64,000 bases of DNA, from NCBI RefSeq assembly GCF_964204645.1, contig NC_134027.1:1396485-1460484 (forward strand), read 5' to 3'. Numbering within the stretch: position 1 is the first letter of the stretch; each line of letters starts with the position of its first letter. Origin of the DNA: Tubulanus polymorphus (Eukaryota; Animalia; Nemertea). This document shows positions 12,304 through 25,200 of the stretch, in pieces. The position numbers and the translations under genes are program-made. Under the pieces are notes generated by a model, which saw nothing but the letters and a program-made list of their open reading frames with translations, had not been told where the DNA came from and did no database searches.

Positions 12304-12683
12304 AATAAACCATTTTACAGTTGCTAGCCGCCATTTTGTTAGGGTACTTTTGTCCCGTATTGTTGGGTCATTTTTTTCGTTTTTTTAAAAACTATCCGTG
12401 ATGTGTATTGTATCATATTTCATCTGCCCATGGATGGATTTTGACAACTTCAGCAACATTCAAACCGCATAAATCTCTAGTTTTCAGTTATGTAAAAATC
12501 ATTAAACTAGAGATTTATGCGGTTTGAATGTTGCTGAAACTGTCAAAATCCATCCATGGGCAGATGAAATATGATACAATACACATCACGGAGGGTTTTT
12601 AAAAAAGAGAAAAAAATGACCCAACAATACGGGGCAAAAGTACCCTAACAAAATGGCGGCTAGCAACTGTAAAATGGTTTATT
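12304..12683. repeat. Near-perfect fold-back palindrome, ~180-bp arms and ~20-bp spacer (probable MITE/foldback element)
   Basis: AATAAACCATTTTACAGTTGCTAGCCGCC...AAATCTCTAGTTT is mirrored by AAACTAGAGATTT...GGCGGCTAGCAACTGTAAAATGGTTTATT with only a few mismatches. Confidence 0.9.
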
Positions 12684-13485
12684 CAGGGACATCAATGAAT
12701 CGAAGTAATATTGCTTTACTGTTGTGTCCAGAAATTATAAGAGAAAAATGGCCGAACTGGAAAGACTGACCCCGTGACAGGGCCTTATATACTGACAGCT
12801 GTGTGACATCATACTGCACAGCACTGACCAATGGCAAGTAATGATATTCCCGCGTAGAAGTCAAAGAATGAGATTGTTGCCACCAAAATGCCATCAGATT
12901 CGAATCCTGCAAACGAATGATTCGCGACATTATATTCTACCAGGAGGTGCCTTCACTGGCGGAAGAGTCATTACCAGTCTGAGGCCAACTTAGTTATGTG
13001 GCCAATTTGATACATTTATTAAGACCACTATTATCTTGCCAATTTAAGACTAAAAGACAAGTTTTAAGATTTAAGATCACGACTGATACAACTTGGGCCG
13101 GTTCCATAGTGAAGTGGTCTTAAACCTTAAGACTGGTCTTAAGTTGTTAGATTGGCTATAGAACTAAGTTTGTCTTAGACCGGTCTTAAGTCTAAGTCTT
13201 GTCTATGAAACTTATGTCAGGGCCTTAAACTGCGTGTAGTATTGGACCGGGATTCTCTGATTCGCGACAGGAGCGACTTTTTTTTCTATCCAGTTTAGTT
13301 AACATATGATTGAAAATGTTCCCGTGGCCGACACCTTAAATTTTCATGTTTCGTTACGATTTTTGTAAATTCGCTGTAAACAAAAAGTATCTTTTACTGA
13401 TAATTTGATTCTGTTTTTTCAACCAGTTAATACTTTAAGAAGCGTATGTATCTGTGGAACAGGGATTCAAAACAGAATTAAACAG

Positions 13486-13595
13486 GACCCAGTTCCACTG
13501 TTGTGAGTTAGAGTTAACTCTGGGTTGAAGTTAGTTCATTTTCAATGAGTTAACTCAGAGTCAAATCTTAACTCACAACTGTGGAACTGGGTCCT
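13486..13595. mobile_element. Short palindromic MITE-like element (CCCAGTTCCAC...GTGGAACTGGG family)
   Basis: GGACCCAGTTCCACTGTTGTGAGTTA / TAACTCACAACTGTGGAACTGGGTCC termini. Related CAGTTCCACAGT ends occur at ~2037, 26700, 29331, 37347, 45696 and 48530. Confidence 0.7.
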
Positions 13596-14454
13596 GCTGA
13601 CTACGTATTATTAAAGATTAAATAAAGCCAGAAAATCTGAAGGAAAAGATTTCAGTCTAGGAGACGAACGCCCTTCGGCCACAGTGAACGGGTTGATTAT
13701 TGGCGTGCTTTAGACTGGAATTCCGGAGCGCGATCTTCGGTGACGTCATTATTTATATGAATGGGAATCTCTTCATGTGTGCCCCACAATTCACCCGGAA
13801 CAGGACAACGAGTCAATTCTATAGAATTCTAGCTACGGTTAATGAAACAAATAATCTTGTGAAAATAAAATCGCCACAAAGGATGGCTCCGCGATAGATC
13901 TAAATGTTGAAAATATTGTAAATGTAGATTTCATTAATTTTTTCAAAAAAGCGCTGTATAAACGATGTCAATGATTCAGTACATGGTTCTGTTGTAGTTG
14001 TTCTTGTAAATGTAGATGTCGTTTACCGAATATCAAGTTATCGTCGATGCTATTTTCCACTCGTTCGCGATCCCAAAATCTTTTAAAATCGAGATAAACC
14101 AATGCCAAAAATTTCAGGTTATTTATGATTTGTGGCTGAAACTTTCCCCCTCTCCGAGTTTTTTTCTGTTCATCCGGCATCTAACCAATTGCTTAATTGA
14201 ATGAAAACTGAGTCTTCCGTTAAGCAGTTATTTTGAGCGTGATTACTATTTAATTCACACGCGTCCGACGCGATTCAATCATCACTCGCGCGACAGATTA
14301 GATTTGTTCCGATGTCAAATTTCCGTCAGTCATCGGTTAAACAGATGCAGCGCATTTCGATAGGCCGGCGAGTGAAAATATAAAAGCTACGTTGGTTGCA
14401 GTTTCTGAATAAGTAAACGAAAGTAATATAACCGATAATGCAGTACAGTCCACG

Positions 14455-17400
14455 ATGATCCGTCGTTTCCATCGCCTCCGAGTTCTACTACTAATAGCAT
14501 GTCTATGTAAGTACAGTCAACACCCGATATACCGCCCACATCAGTGCAGAATGATTTTGGCGGTAAAGAGAGTATGGCGGTATATCGGGGGTGTTTTATT
14601 ATGTATTTGTATCGATATGTACTTTAAGAAACCTGACGGAGGGCGGTAAATCGCGGGTTGACTGTACATCATCCTCACCGATTCATTTTCTATCAATCGT
14701 CTTTTAAGTTCTTCCTCAGAACCTGAAAATAAGCTTTATTTGGAGTTCTAAACATTTTTTTGGAATTTTCGATAATAAATTTAAGTTTAAATTTGTATAA
14801 AGTGGATCCCGGCTGTACAGTTCTAGCTTCAGTTGCCAATGTTAAGCTCTGGGACAATCATTAACCGATATCTAGGTAGAACAGGATCCTGGACTGTGGA
14901 AACGGTCTGAGATTTGTTTTTATATCTAACACGGTATATTCGTATGAGTTAAAAATGAGGATTCTGATTCTGATTCTGATTCTGATTCTGATTCTGATTC
15001 TGATTCTGATTCTGATTCTGATTCTGATCTGTCGAATATAATCAGGATTTCAAGTTATACGGGACTGAAATTCGATGCTTGTCGAGTAAGTCGTCAACAG
15101 CAACGATCTGATTGGCGCTGTCTTTTTTTATGGAGCGAAGGTGAGCAAATAACTATGTGGGCTATTCAGGCAGGGTTCGAATCCCTGCTGGCAGAGTCTC
15201 ATGACGTCATCAGGCCCGGATCTCTGTAAAGGATGAACGTGGCAGAGTCTCACGCCGCCATCAGGTTCCAAGCCCTTCCGAGGGATATAGGTCGCAGGCT
15301 TCGAGAATGGGTCTTGTTTGGCAGTTAAATAGTTCTATTGTGTGAATCCATGTTGGGTTTGGGTTTCAGCCGTTTGTTTTGCCGTATTCACACAAAAGCT
15401 CATAAGATGAATCAATGATAGCTTAGAAAAAAGAATTCATATTTTTACACTTCAGGTAGTGGTGGATGCTCTGACCAGATGAAAAGTATTGGCGCTTTCC
15501 CGAATAGACGTATCGAAATCTATCACAGACCGCGGATTGTTTTCGATGATGACGGTATCGGTGTAGCGTACTGTCGGCACACATGGCGCCCGTGTGCCCG
15601 CTATAACGGTTGCGTGTGCACTATTTTGGGCAATTGCTGCGATCATGAATCCTTAACGTGTACGAGATACGAACCCACCCGACGAAAAGTACTAGAAAAA
15701 CTGCTTCCTAACATCGACTGTATTGAACTACCTGCGAACGATGGCATTGTTAGAAGATACTTCGCGATCACCGGATGTCCGGATAGCTACACGGAAGACC
15801 TAACTATTCGAAAAAATTGCGAATCCGTTTCTTCGAACGTCATAACGGAGATACCGGTTTACAGAGATAACTGGTTACCATTCAAGAACATGTATTGCGC
15901 CTTGTGCCACGGATTCAACGTTAGTGAAATCAGTCCGTTTAAAGTAGATCTGCTTTGTACTAACAATAACAATCTAAAAGCAACACCAGAGGAAGTCATA
16001 GCAAGCATCAAAAACACGTCGTTCGACTCGGAAAAACCTCTACCACAAGATTGTCGTTTGGTATATACGCCACCTGTATTAGGTCGTGCACTAATGCAAC
16101 CATGCAACAAAAAATTGCGTTTCCGAAATTCCGTCTGCCCAAAAACAGCTGATAATCTAATGCTAAGAACTAAGTGTAAACAGATATATAATCCAATATC
16201 AGCTTTAATAAACGGTCAGTTGAGATATTTTCGTAACTCGTACTGTTTACGATGCGAGCTACCAGACGTGACCGAGAACGCTCTGATCTGCGTTAATGAA
16301 AGGTACGGGCATAAAATGTACGGTTTGAATGTTTTGCTCGATTTTAATCTGGTCGATGGCGTCACATTCCGTACTCCAGGTTTACCACGAATATCGTTGT
16401 TTCCGATCGAAACGGTGTGCACCAAAACTGCCAAAATGCTTGACAAGAAAACATACAAGTGTCGAGATGAGGGCTGTTCGCGAGGATACCACAGGCACGG
16501 CGACCAGTGTCAACTTGACATGAAAAAGTGGCCAAAAATCTGGATCCTTGTCGTCTTTAAGTTTTATATCTCTTTCAATGACACACAGCACGTGATAATG
16601 GAAAGATACCGCTACAGCATGGAATATTGGAATTTTCGCACGTGCGACCAACACCTCGTTAATATAAAACATTTTACTGAAATAGGTACTATAACGACCA
16701 TTGCTAACAATTCATACCAACGATACTTCGAATACATGAACGATGAGCTACTCGAGATGTATGTGAACAAATCCGTAGCGGAGGTGAAGCTGGCCATCAG
16801 CTTCTACGAGTCTTTGATCAGGTGTTTATTCGGCCTCGATGGAAGCGAAGTCGCAATTACCAGATACAGTTATACCATGACCAGTTTAACCGCGAATACC
16901 GTCTGCCACGAGGAAACGACATCGACCGCCGCGGGGAACGTGGATGAGGAAAATCCGTCGCTCGAACAACTGTCACCAATAGACGAAACCAACGACGAGA
17001 CACTTGTGTCATATAATATATATCAGACAACGTATGATGGACAAAATTATACGATTAAAAAGAACATATGTTTCACAAAAATGACGGACTGCATTCGAGT
17101 ATACGTCCATGGGACGGGAATGGTTTGTCGAGCTTCGAATATAAGTTTTGGAGACCTATTTGCAGATCGAGACTTTCTTATAACATTAGTATGCGGTAGT
17201 CTGTCTATCACCGGTCTTATTGTGACTGTCGTCGTATACTTTACTTTCCCAACTCTTCTCACTTTCCCCGGGAAACTGACCGTAAACTTTTGTGTAAGTC
17301 TGGCGATGGCTCAGGCGCTGCATCTGTTCACATTGAGTTTGAATGACGGGTTTCTGTGTGTCGTTATGGCCGCTATAAAGCACTACGTCTGGTTGGTTGT

Positions 17401-17968
17401 CTTTACGTCAATGAGCGCTATCGCTATTCATATGGCGCGTACATTTTCGAACGTCCAAAAATTATCAAACTCCTCGAAGGTTTTGGTTTTCTATTTGTTA
17501 TCGGTGTGGCTTTCTCCTATGCTGATCGTCGGACCTTGCGTTTTTCTCGAGGAAACTGATTCGACTAGATTTTCCCGGATGATCTACGGTAGTCCTCGCA
17601 CCTGTTGGTTTAAGAATACTTTGTTCTTGCTGTTCGCTTTCGTTGTACCGATCGCCATTCTCGATTTGGTCAATCTCATTTTATTTACGGTAACAGTTCA
17701 TCGCATTCGACAAACGTCTTTCTCGTCAGATAACAGAAGAACCACGGTTTTTATTTTCTATCGGATGGCATTAGTGACCGGAGTAACTTGGATCATCGGG
17801 TTCGTAGCGTCGTTCGTAAACAGCGATTTCCTCTGGTACTTCTTCAACGTCCTGAATTCTTCTCAAGGGTTTCTCATCTTTCTGGCTTTCGTGGTAAACA
17901 AGAGAATATTCGCATTCATTAAATCTATATTCAAAATAAATAATTGTTCTGCCATGCCTCGAGAATAG
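14455..17968 (+). CDS. Family-B (7tm_2) GPCR, Methuselah-like/adhesion-like, with a long Cys-rich ectodomain
   Basis: Signal-peptide exon 14455-14506 (MIRRFHRLRVLLLIACL, T|GTAAGT) splices in frame to 15456-17968 (TTCAG|GT AGT...). Ectodomain has CxxLGNCCxD (somatomedin-B-like) and repeated F/YxNxYCxxC motifs. Seven TM helices carry family-B motifs (HYVWLVVFTSM, CWF, GVTWIIGF, NSSQGFLIFLAF). Confidence 0.92.
14960..15030. repeat. (ATTCTG)n microsatellite in the GPCR intron
   Basis: About 11 tandem hexamers. Confidence 0.95.
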
Positions 17969-19203
17969 ATATGATATTGGATCCAAATAGCGTTGTCGTC
18001 TTGTGGGCTCGTCTAGAATATACGGGTGGGTCTCGTAGCTTTCAATGAATGTACGTCAGTATATGCATGTATATATCCTTTAACGGGCCTGCGCGCTCGG
18101 GTTCGAATCCTATTGAATCAATCTTTTTATCATAGTTTCCACATGGCAATAAAGCTCACACATTCGAATAGTGGATTTCTTCTGTTTATACGACACAATT
18201 AAAACCGAAACAGGAATTAATAGTTATTGTATGTTAATGATGAATGTTACTGCATCGATCACGTGTAGGAAGGACCTTTTATTTTCCTCTTTTTCAGCTT
18301 TCAGTTTGAATTTTACTTGAATATATACTTCTAAAAATTTATGTTGGCATAGATATTTTCTGTACGATTGCATTGATAAGCAAATTTCAAAACGTTTGAA
18401 CTACCACGGGTCGGTTTAAAGTTAGTACCGTAAGAAACGATGTTTTGAATCAATCTGCATCGAATAAGCTCCTAATGCGTAATCTTTATAAATTGTATAC
18501 ACGTATAGACGTATAAATGTGTGTAAAATAAAATGGAATTCTATCCATAATTAAATCTCTCCGTTATTGCCTTCCTTGCTTTTCATTTTTTCGTGCTATT
18601 GAAAAAATTTCATAATCAATTTAACGGTAGTTGACACGACCATCCGGTTCGTAACCGAGCTCGTTCTATATATATAGGCTGCATATCATAGCCATATATT
18701 ATTTTTATTGCTTTTGACAGCTGCACTCTAGTTGTATTTACCCTCTACAACAAATGACGAGAGCTGTTTTCATTCATCCAGGTTTTGATATCAATTTCCA
18801 TACATTCGTCGATTTTAATGCGTCACCGAAAAAAGAAAAAACATATAAAACCAGACGGGAAATGTGAGTTTTAGAGAATATGTCAACAAAAAGATCGAAA
18901 GGTTCGACTTGAACGCGACGTTTGACGAAGACCATTTTTCAAAATTGTATTGTTTCCCGGAAATAAAATGCGGAAACATTTTTTCAGAAACTTGCGTTAC
19001 TTGGACTTACTTGGACTTTCGCGAGTAGTTATAATCAGTTGGAGCTGAGAGGTTCGCGCGCGCTAAGCAGGCGGCTGCCACACACATGCATACACACAGT
19101 GCGGAGCGCCAGTACTGTTCAAACCGCCGTGAGGAGGACGCTTTAGCGGATTTTTATCAAAGGTTTAATTCGTCGTGTAAAGGTTTATCTATAACTTGAG
19201 ATC

Positions 19204-22200
19204 ATGGAAGTGGATCATAAGACTCAAATTTATCCGATGTTGCCGCGAAATAACGGCGAAAATGACGATGAAACCGCGTTAGAAAAAGTCGATGGTGAAA
19301 TTGTTGATACGGGAGGTGATGAAACTGCTGTTGATGTTGTCGGTGATGAAGACGCCGGAGCCCGGTTGACTTGGGGAACGCGTTTTGATTTTCTACTCTC
19401 GACGATCGGTTTCGCCGTCGATTTGGCAAATGTTTGGAGATTTCCGTATTTATGCTATAAAAACGGCGGAGGTAAATGAAATATATCATACAACTACAAA
19501 ACAGTCAACTTTCAACGACACAATTCTTATTTAGTCTTTTACATGAAGCTGTCGTGCACTAGTACATGCACTAGTCACATCGCTTTTAGTCTTTTCTCGC
19601 AAATACAATGAATTAGCGCTAACACGATTCGATCTGGCCACATTTTTTATCAACCAATCCGTTACTGAGCAGCCTAAATAATGTTGTGGCGCAAGTTTTA
19701 GACTTTTCAATCCTATAAACTTCTCAATAATATTGCAGAATTACGTTTTACCCCGATTGTGTTGACAAACTGAAGCAGCGAATATTCAGTTATTTCATTG
19801 TCACTTAAATGAAATAATTGATTTGAAAATTGCTACTAAAGTACATTTGTCCTTAAAATTCATTAATGTCCTTAAATGTTGTACGACTAAGTGGTGAAGA
19901 TAGTTTTCCTTTGTCTATTGAATATGTTCGCAGTTTATATACCCTATAAATATACGACGTATTCGATACAATTTAACCATTCTATTGTTATTACGACGTG
20001 GATATTTTTATTTATTTATCGTGTTGACATCGTATTAAGTGGTGTCAAATGGGATATAATCGAAATAGGCCGTTTAAATATCGTTATTCTAGTATAGGCT
20101 ACTGATATATACATGTGTATAAAAGTGTACGATACATGTGTTACGAGTACAGAAATAAAAAAAAACGAACGTAAACAATTTAGACCTATTTCATAGACAC
20201 TTCAGAGATGACTCAAAACATTGTTACTGAAGAAAGGCTCAGTTACATAGACATCGAAGTAATCCTAACCGGAGCCTAAATTCATGGACGGGATACCAAA
20301 GTTATCGTTGGGGTAAAATCCTCAACCTGTGCCTTGTTATAGACTGGGTATCGAAATCATCCATCTAGGGATGAATCCTTAACCCGGGCCCGGTTTTATA
20401 CACTGGGTATCAAAATTATCCCTTAACCTAGGCCCGGTTTTAATCAAAGTTATCCCTTAATTCGGGCCCGGTTTTATAGTGGTGAATTACAATTGACAAA
20501 TCTTCAAATTTTACCCTTTGGATAGAGATTTTTAAGATGATTATTAAGGTTAAGTTAGTTCTATGACATTTAAAACACGTAAAACATTTCAATTTCAGGT
20601 AAAGTGAGGTATTTTTAATCAAATATTGACGGTTGCTTTTCTACCGCTCACTGGCCTAAATTTTCATGGTGTTATTTGTTTGAATAAATGTGTAATCGTT
20701 CAATCATTAACCTCAATTTCAAAAGCCCCAAAAACGGTACAAAAACCCGATGAGGCCATTATGTTATCATCGTTGATAGGCATATAATATGTTTGTTGAC
20801 ATTTCTTTCACTTTTTTCTCCGCAAAACGACGATCTTGTTATCATACATTCAGTTTGTCTGAGTACTCGACCTATAACCGTAAATAACACCAAAAAAATA
20901 TTCGCCTATTCCTCCCCAGATTATTAAAGTCTCAGTGGTATTTTTCCCTGAAAAGCAATGCCTTTATCGTGAACTCGCTAAATTTAAGATATTTATTTCC
21001 CTATATGATTTACCAGAATTGCCTTAATTTGTCTCAATAAATGTGGTAAAACCTTCAGATCTAGCCTTCACCCAGTTTAAATACTGTAGCTCAAGTGCGT
21101 TAATTAGTGTAGAACTATCTGCTATCTTGGCATTAAATAGGTTTTCAAGGCATTCCTATCGCAATGGCCAAGAATAAAACCATGTCAGTGAATGTGACCA
21201 AAAAACCATCAGACGTGATACGTGCAAACCCGATCTGCTGGTGACTGCTTGTAAAACTCAAGCGTGCATTGATTAATGTTTTCCGTTGGACTTTTTGCCT
21301 CCTCAAAAACTCAAGCTTCAACCTGGCCCACTGACATTGTTTGCAATCGCGAACCGCCCAGCTGTGGTGCTAGTAAGGACCCTAGTCGCAAGAACAGTGC
21401 CAAATAGGTCAACAGAAAATGTGTGCCGTGGTTCCAGATGTTCCTGAATAGCATTGAACTATTGATTGAGTTCTGCTTTTATTTGTAAATCCGTAAACAA
21501 AAGACAACGTGAAAAAGGCACAAACCACATTATGTCACTCAATCCTAACCTATATACAGACGAAGCCTTTTAATGCGAGGAAGAATAAATGAACATCAAT
21601 ATACACAACAGTTGGTTTGACATTAATGTGTATATACCAAGAATTCACACGATCTACGAACAAATTATCATAATGTACGTGAACAATAGTGCAACCTGAA
21701 ATCTCGAACTGGATAATTCCTGCTATTTATCTCTAGGTCACATGTTCATTAACTCAACAGCGTTAATTGCCTTAATTAACACGATGTGAAATGATAAATC
21801 CGTTCCAACAACAGTTAATCGGTATTATAGGAGATTCAGGTTTTCGAATTGATGGGGGTAACTCTTTAGATTTTACAGCATTCGTTCGTCCGTACAAAAT
21901 ATATATTTATAGATATTATGATGACAATAAAATATATTACGAATTGCAAATGGTAGTAGATCAGGAGACGATTCCTGGGGCCCAAATGCGCAGTCACTCT
22001 ATTTAAGATCAGTCTATGACCATTTGAGCCCCTCGCCAATCTAAAAAAAAGATTTGTTAAAGTTTTAGGGCTGAAGGCCTGACTGCACACGTCGGCCCCA
22101 GTCTTATCGTGGGTGTGGAACTGAGTATCTACAAATTGAGCCCAACGGAGACATTTCAAAATCCTTCGCACAATCAGGTTAAGCCTATAAAATGCCTTTT

Positions 22201-25200
22201 TATCGCACTTTTTCGTCAAATCGATCAACGACTACGTTTTATTTCACTTAATTCGTATGTCAGGAACTGAAGTGGAGTTTTTATCACAGTTTGTCTGGGT
22301 GAATTGAAATCAATAAACACAGACATCTGTTTGAACAGTCGTCTTCTGTATTTTACGTGCTGTATTTTACAACCGCTGGTTTTTGTCACAGAGTATATTC
22401 TTTCATTGAACGTATGACAGGTTACGGTGTATTTCAATGGTGCCAATGGCACAGATAGAAAATGCTAAACCAGTTCTAATCAACCTATATAAACTCTATC
22501 TCTCAATGTCAATATGCCTTCATTAAACGGTTGTTCACCCGCTTAGTCACGTCACGTAGTTAAAAATATATATTCGAAGTGCCTCGACTTTTTCATAATT
22601 CAACAATTCATGCTTCATTTTTTAATTGTGTTTTTGATTGGATTGAGGATTTGAACGTTGGCTAAATAAGTTCATCTTGAACTTGATTTTTAAACTACCA
22701 AATTTATAAATTATCCAAATATTGGATTGAATTTTCTACTAAGTCTTTGGTATAGTTTTCATTGATTATTGATTAACCGAGAAACTACTAGCGAACCTGG
22801 CGGATCCTCACGTGCCACAAGTGGAATCCTCGATTGCCGCAGTAGTTGATGATGTCCTACTGCACACTAGCGACACCGTATGATCCTCGATTGCCACAAG
22901 TGGAATCCTCGATTGCCGCAGTAACGTCGATAGTTACTGTTCATTAGTTCTTCCTAATTTCAATAATATCGAAATCTTTATTATTGATCATTTGAAATTC
23001 AACGGTATTTTGTCTATATTCGAAACAGGTGCTTTCCTTATACCGTATTTCTCAATGATGTTATTCGGAGCTCTACCTCTGTTCTACATGGAGTTGATTT
23101 TGGGTCAGTATCACCGAGAAGGCGTCATCAGTCTCTGGAAGATAGGTCCCATATTCAAAGGTAAAATTCCACTAGTTCGGGGATATTTGCAGCGGTCGAT
23201 CCAGAGGAACTTCTGAGACTTAAGTCCATCAAACTTTTTCATTTTGCAAACTAAAATTATTGATGCATTTCAGTGCGATAGTGACCCTAATATTGCCTTT
23301 TTGCATATCAAAGTGCCATTTTTGGATGAGACAAGTCCTTCAAAATTGTCCTCTGGGTCCCCTTGGTTTGGCTAAATTTGTTAATTTGTAACGTGCAAAA
23401 CATATCCGTAGTTAAGGAAGCATCCTGGGGACATTTCTATTAAAAAAATTTTTTTCTCAGTTAAAAGCGATTTTTGAGGTTTACAAACTCGCGATTAACC
23501 TCGAAATTATTTTTAACAGACATGTCCCCAGGACGTTTCCGTGCGCACTGATACAAGCAGTTTAACCGAAAAATTCTCATAAACTTTCAGGAATCGGATG
23601 GTGCGCCTGTTTGATCAGTTTGTACGTGTCATTCTACTACAATGTAGTGATATCGTGGTCGATGCAATACCTCTTCGCTTCGTTCACCCTAAACAAGTTA
23701 CCATGGACATCGTGTGGTAACTGGTGGAATACGCCTTACTGCTGGGACGCCTACGCCCCTGATATCCATCAGAATGTATCCGCCAACGGAACTATAAACT
23801 CAACATTACCTTACAACCAAACTACGCAACATATCCATCTTAATAGTACATTTGGGGTTTCTCCAGCTGCCGAATATTTTGAGTAAGTTTCGTCGGAGAA
23901 ATTTGGTAATTTAGTAATTTCGAATGGAACGGGATATTTTGTTGAATCAATGGCGAGTAATTTCAGTTGATAATCTGTTGATATTCTAATTGAAGTAAAA
24001 ACTACGGTTATAGGGAAAATCTGTAAGGCAGTAGTGACCTTTCGACTTAATTTATTACTAGCCATTTTTCAAAATGATTCATCATGCAAGAATTGAGTAG
24101 AAGAAAAGAATCTTGCCCGGACTTTTGCCCACTTCATGATGTAAATCTCTGCATGCTACTTTGGACATTTGTGAATCGAAAATATTTTTTTCAAAAATTT
24201 TCCATCAGGAGGTCAGTATTAAGTCTACATCTGAGTGAAGGAATACACGATTTGGGAACGCCAAAATGGCAGCTAGCTGGTTGTACGCTGCTAGTATTCA
24301 TCCTACTGTACTTTAGTTTGTTCAAGGGCGTCAAATCTATGGGTAAGGTAAGGATTTATCAGATATATAAGGTATTAAGTTGTTTGATTGGCTATAGAAC
24401 CACGATGAGCTTAGACTAGACTAAATTCAATTCTTGTTTTTGTATGGATCATCATAGAAATATTATGTTGTTTTGTTTGCAGGCTGTTTGGGTGACAGCT
24501 ACGATGCCGTACGTGGTCCTGTTGATCTTACTGGTTCGAGGTGTTCTATTAGAAGGCGCTAAAGAAGGAATTCTCTACTTCATCACGCCTAAAATTGATC
24601 GCCTTGGCGATGCTTCGGTAGGGCTCTTATGAAGGTGCCCCAAAGTATTTTTACTCACTGCATCATACGCAGGTTTAAAGTTTCTTTTTGCCGATTAGGG
24701 GGGAGTGTGAAAATGAATAGCGCCACGAATTAAACAGTGGGCTTTTGAGTAGAAATACTTCAACAGATAAGGTGCTGCTGCTGAAGGGTTGGCAATTCAT
24801 GAGGGGTTTTCAATAACTACACCCACCCCTCACCCTCCTGGAAGTATAAAGGTACCCAAAAGTCGGAGATCCGGATGAGCCCCTAAAAACCAGAAAGTTT
24901 GAGATCCTACAGTGACTTACGTAAAATGTATAAGTTAGAAGATACGCTCGAACTTGTAAATAACATATACTGTATACCTATGAAACCGACGTTGAAATAG
25001 AACATAACAAAAGTAAAAGAAATATATAGTGTCTTTTTATGAGACTGAGACTATCATCTGGCGGGTTTCTCCGTTAACTGATGCAGAACAAAGTTCATCC
25101 AGGCGGAACTGGGGGAATTTTATAAATAACCGCTTTATACTTGACAGCTCGATGGATGGATGAGTTTATAGACGCAACCGCAGTAACACACAAAAAACTC

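Noticed and set aside
21866-22452. Two abutting minus-strand ORFs in transporter intron 1 (possible nested gene or decayed transposase)
   Set aside because: No recognisable motif or coherent splice signals. A tBLASTx search would be needed, so it is unsupported from sequence alone.
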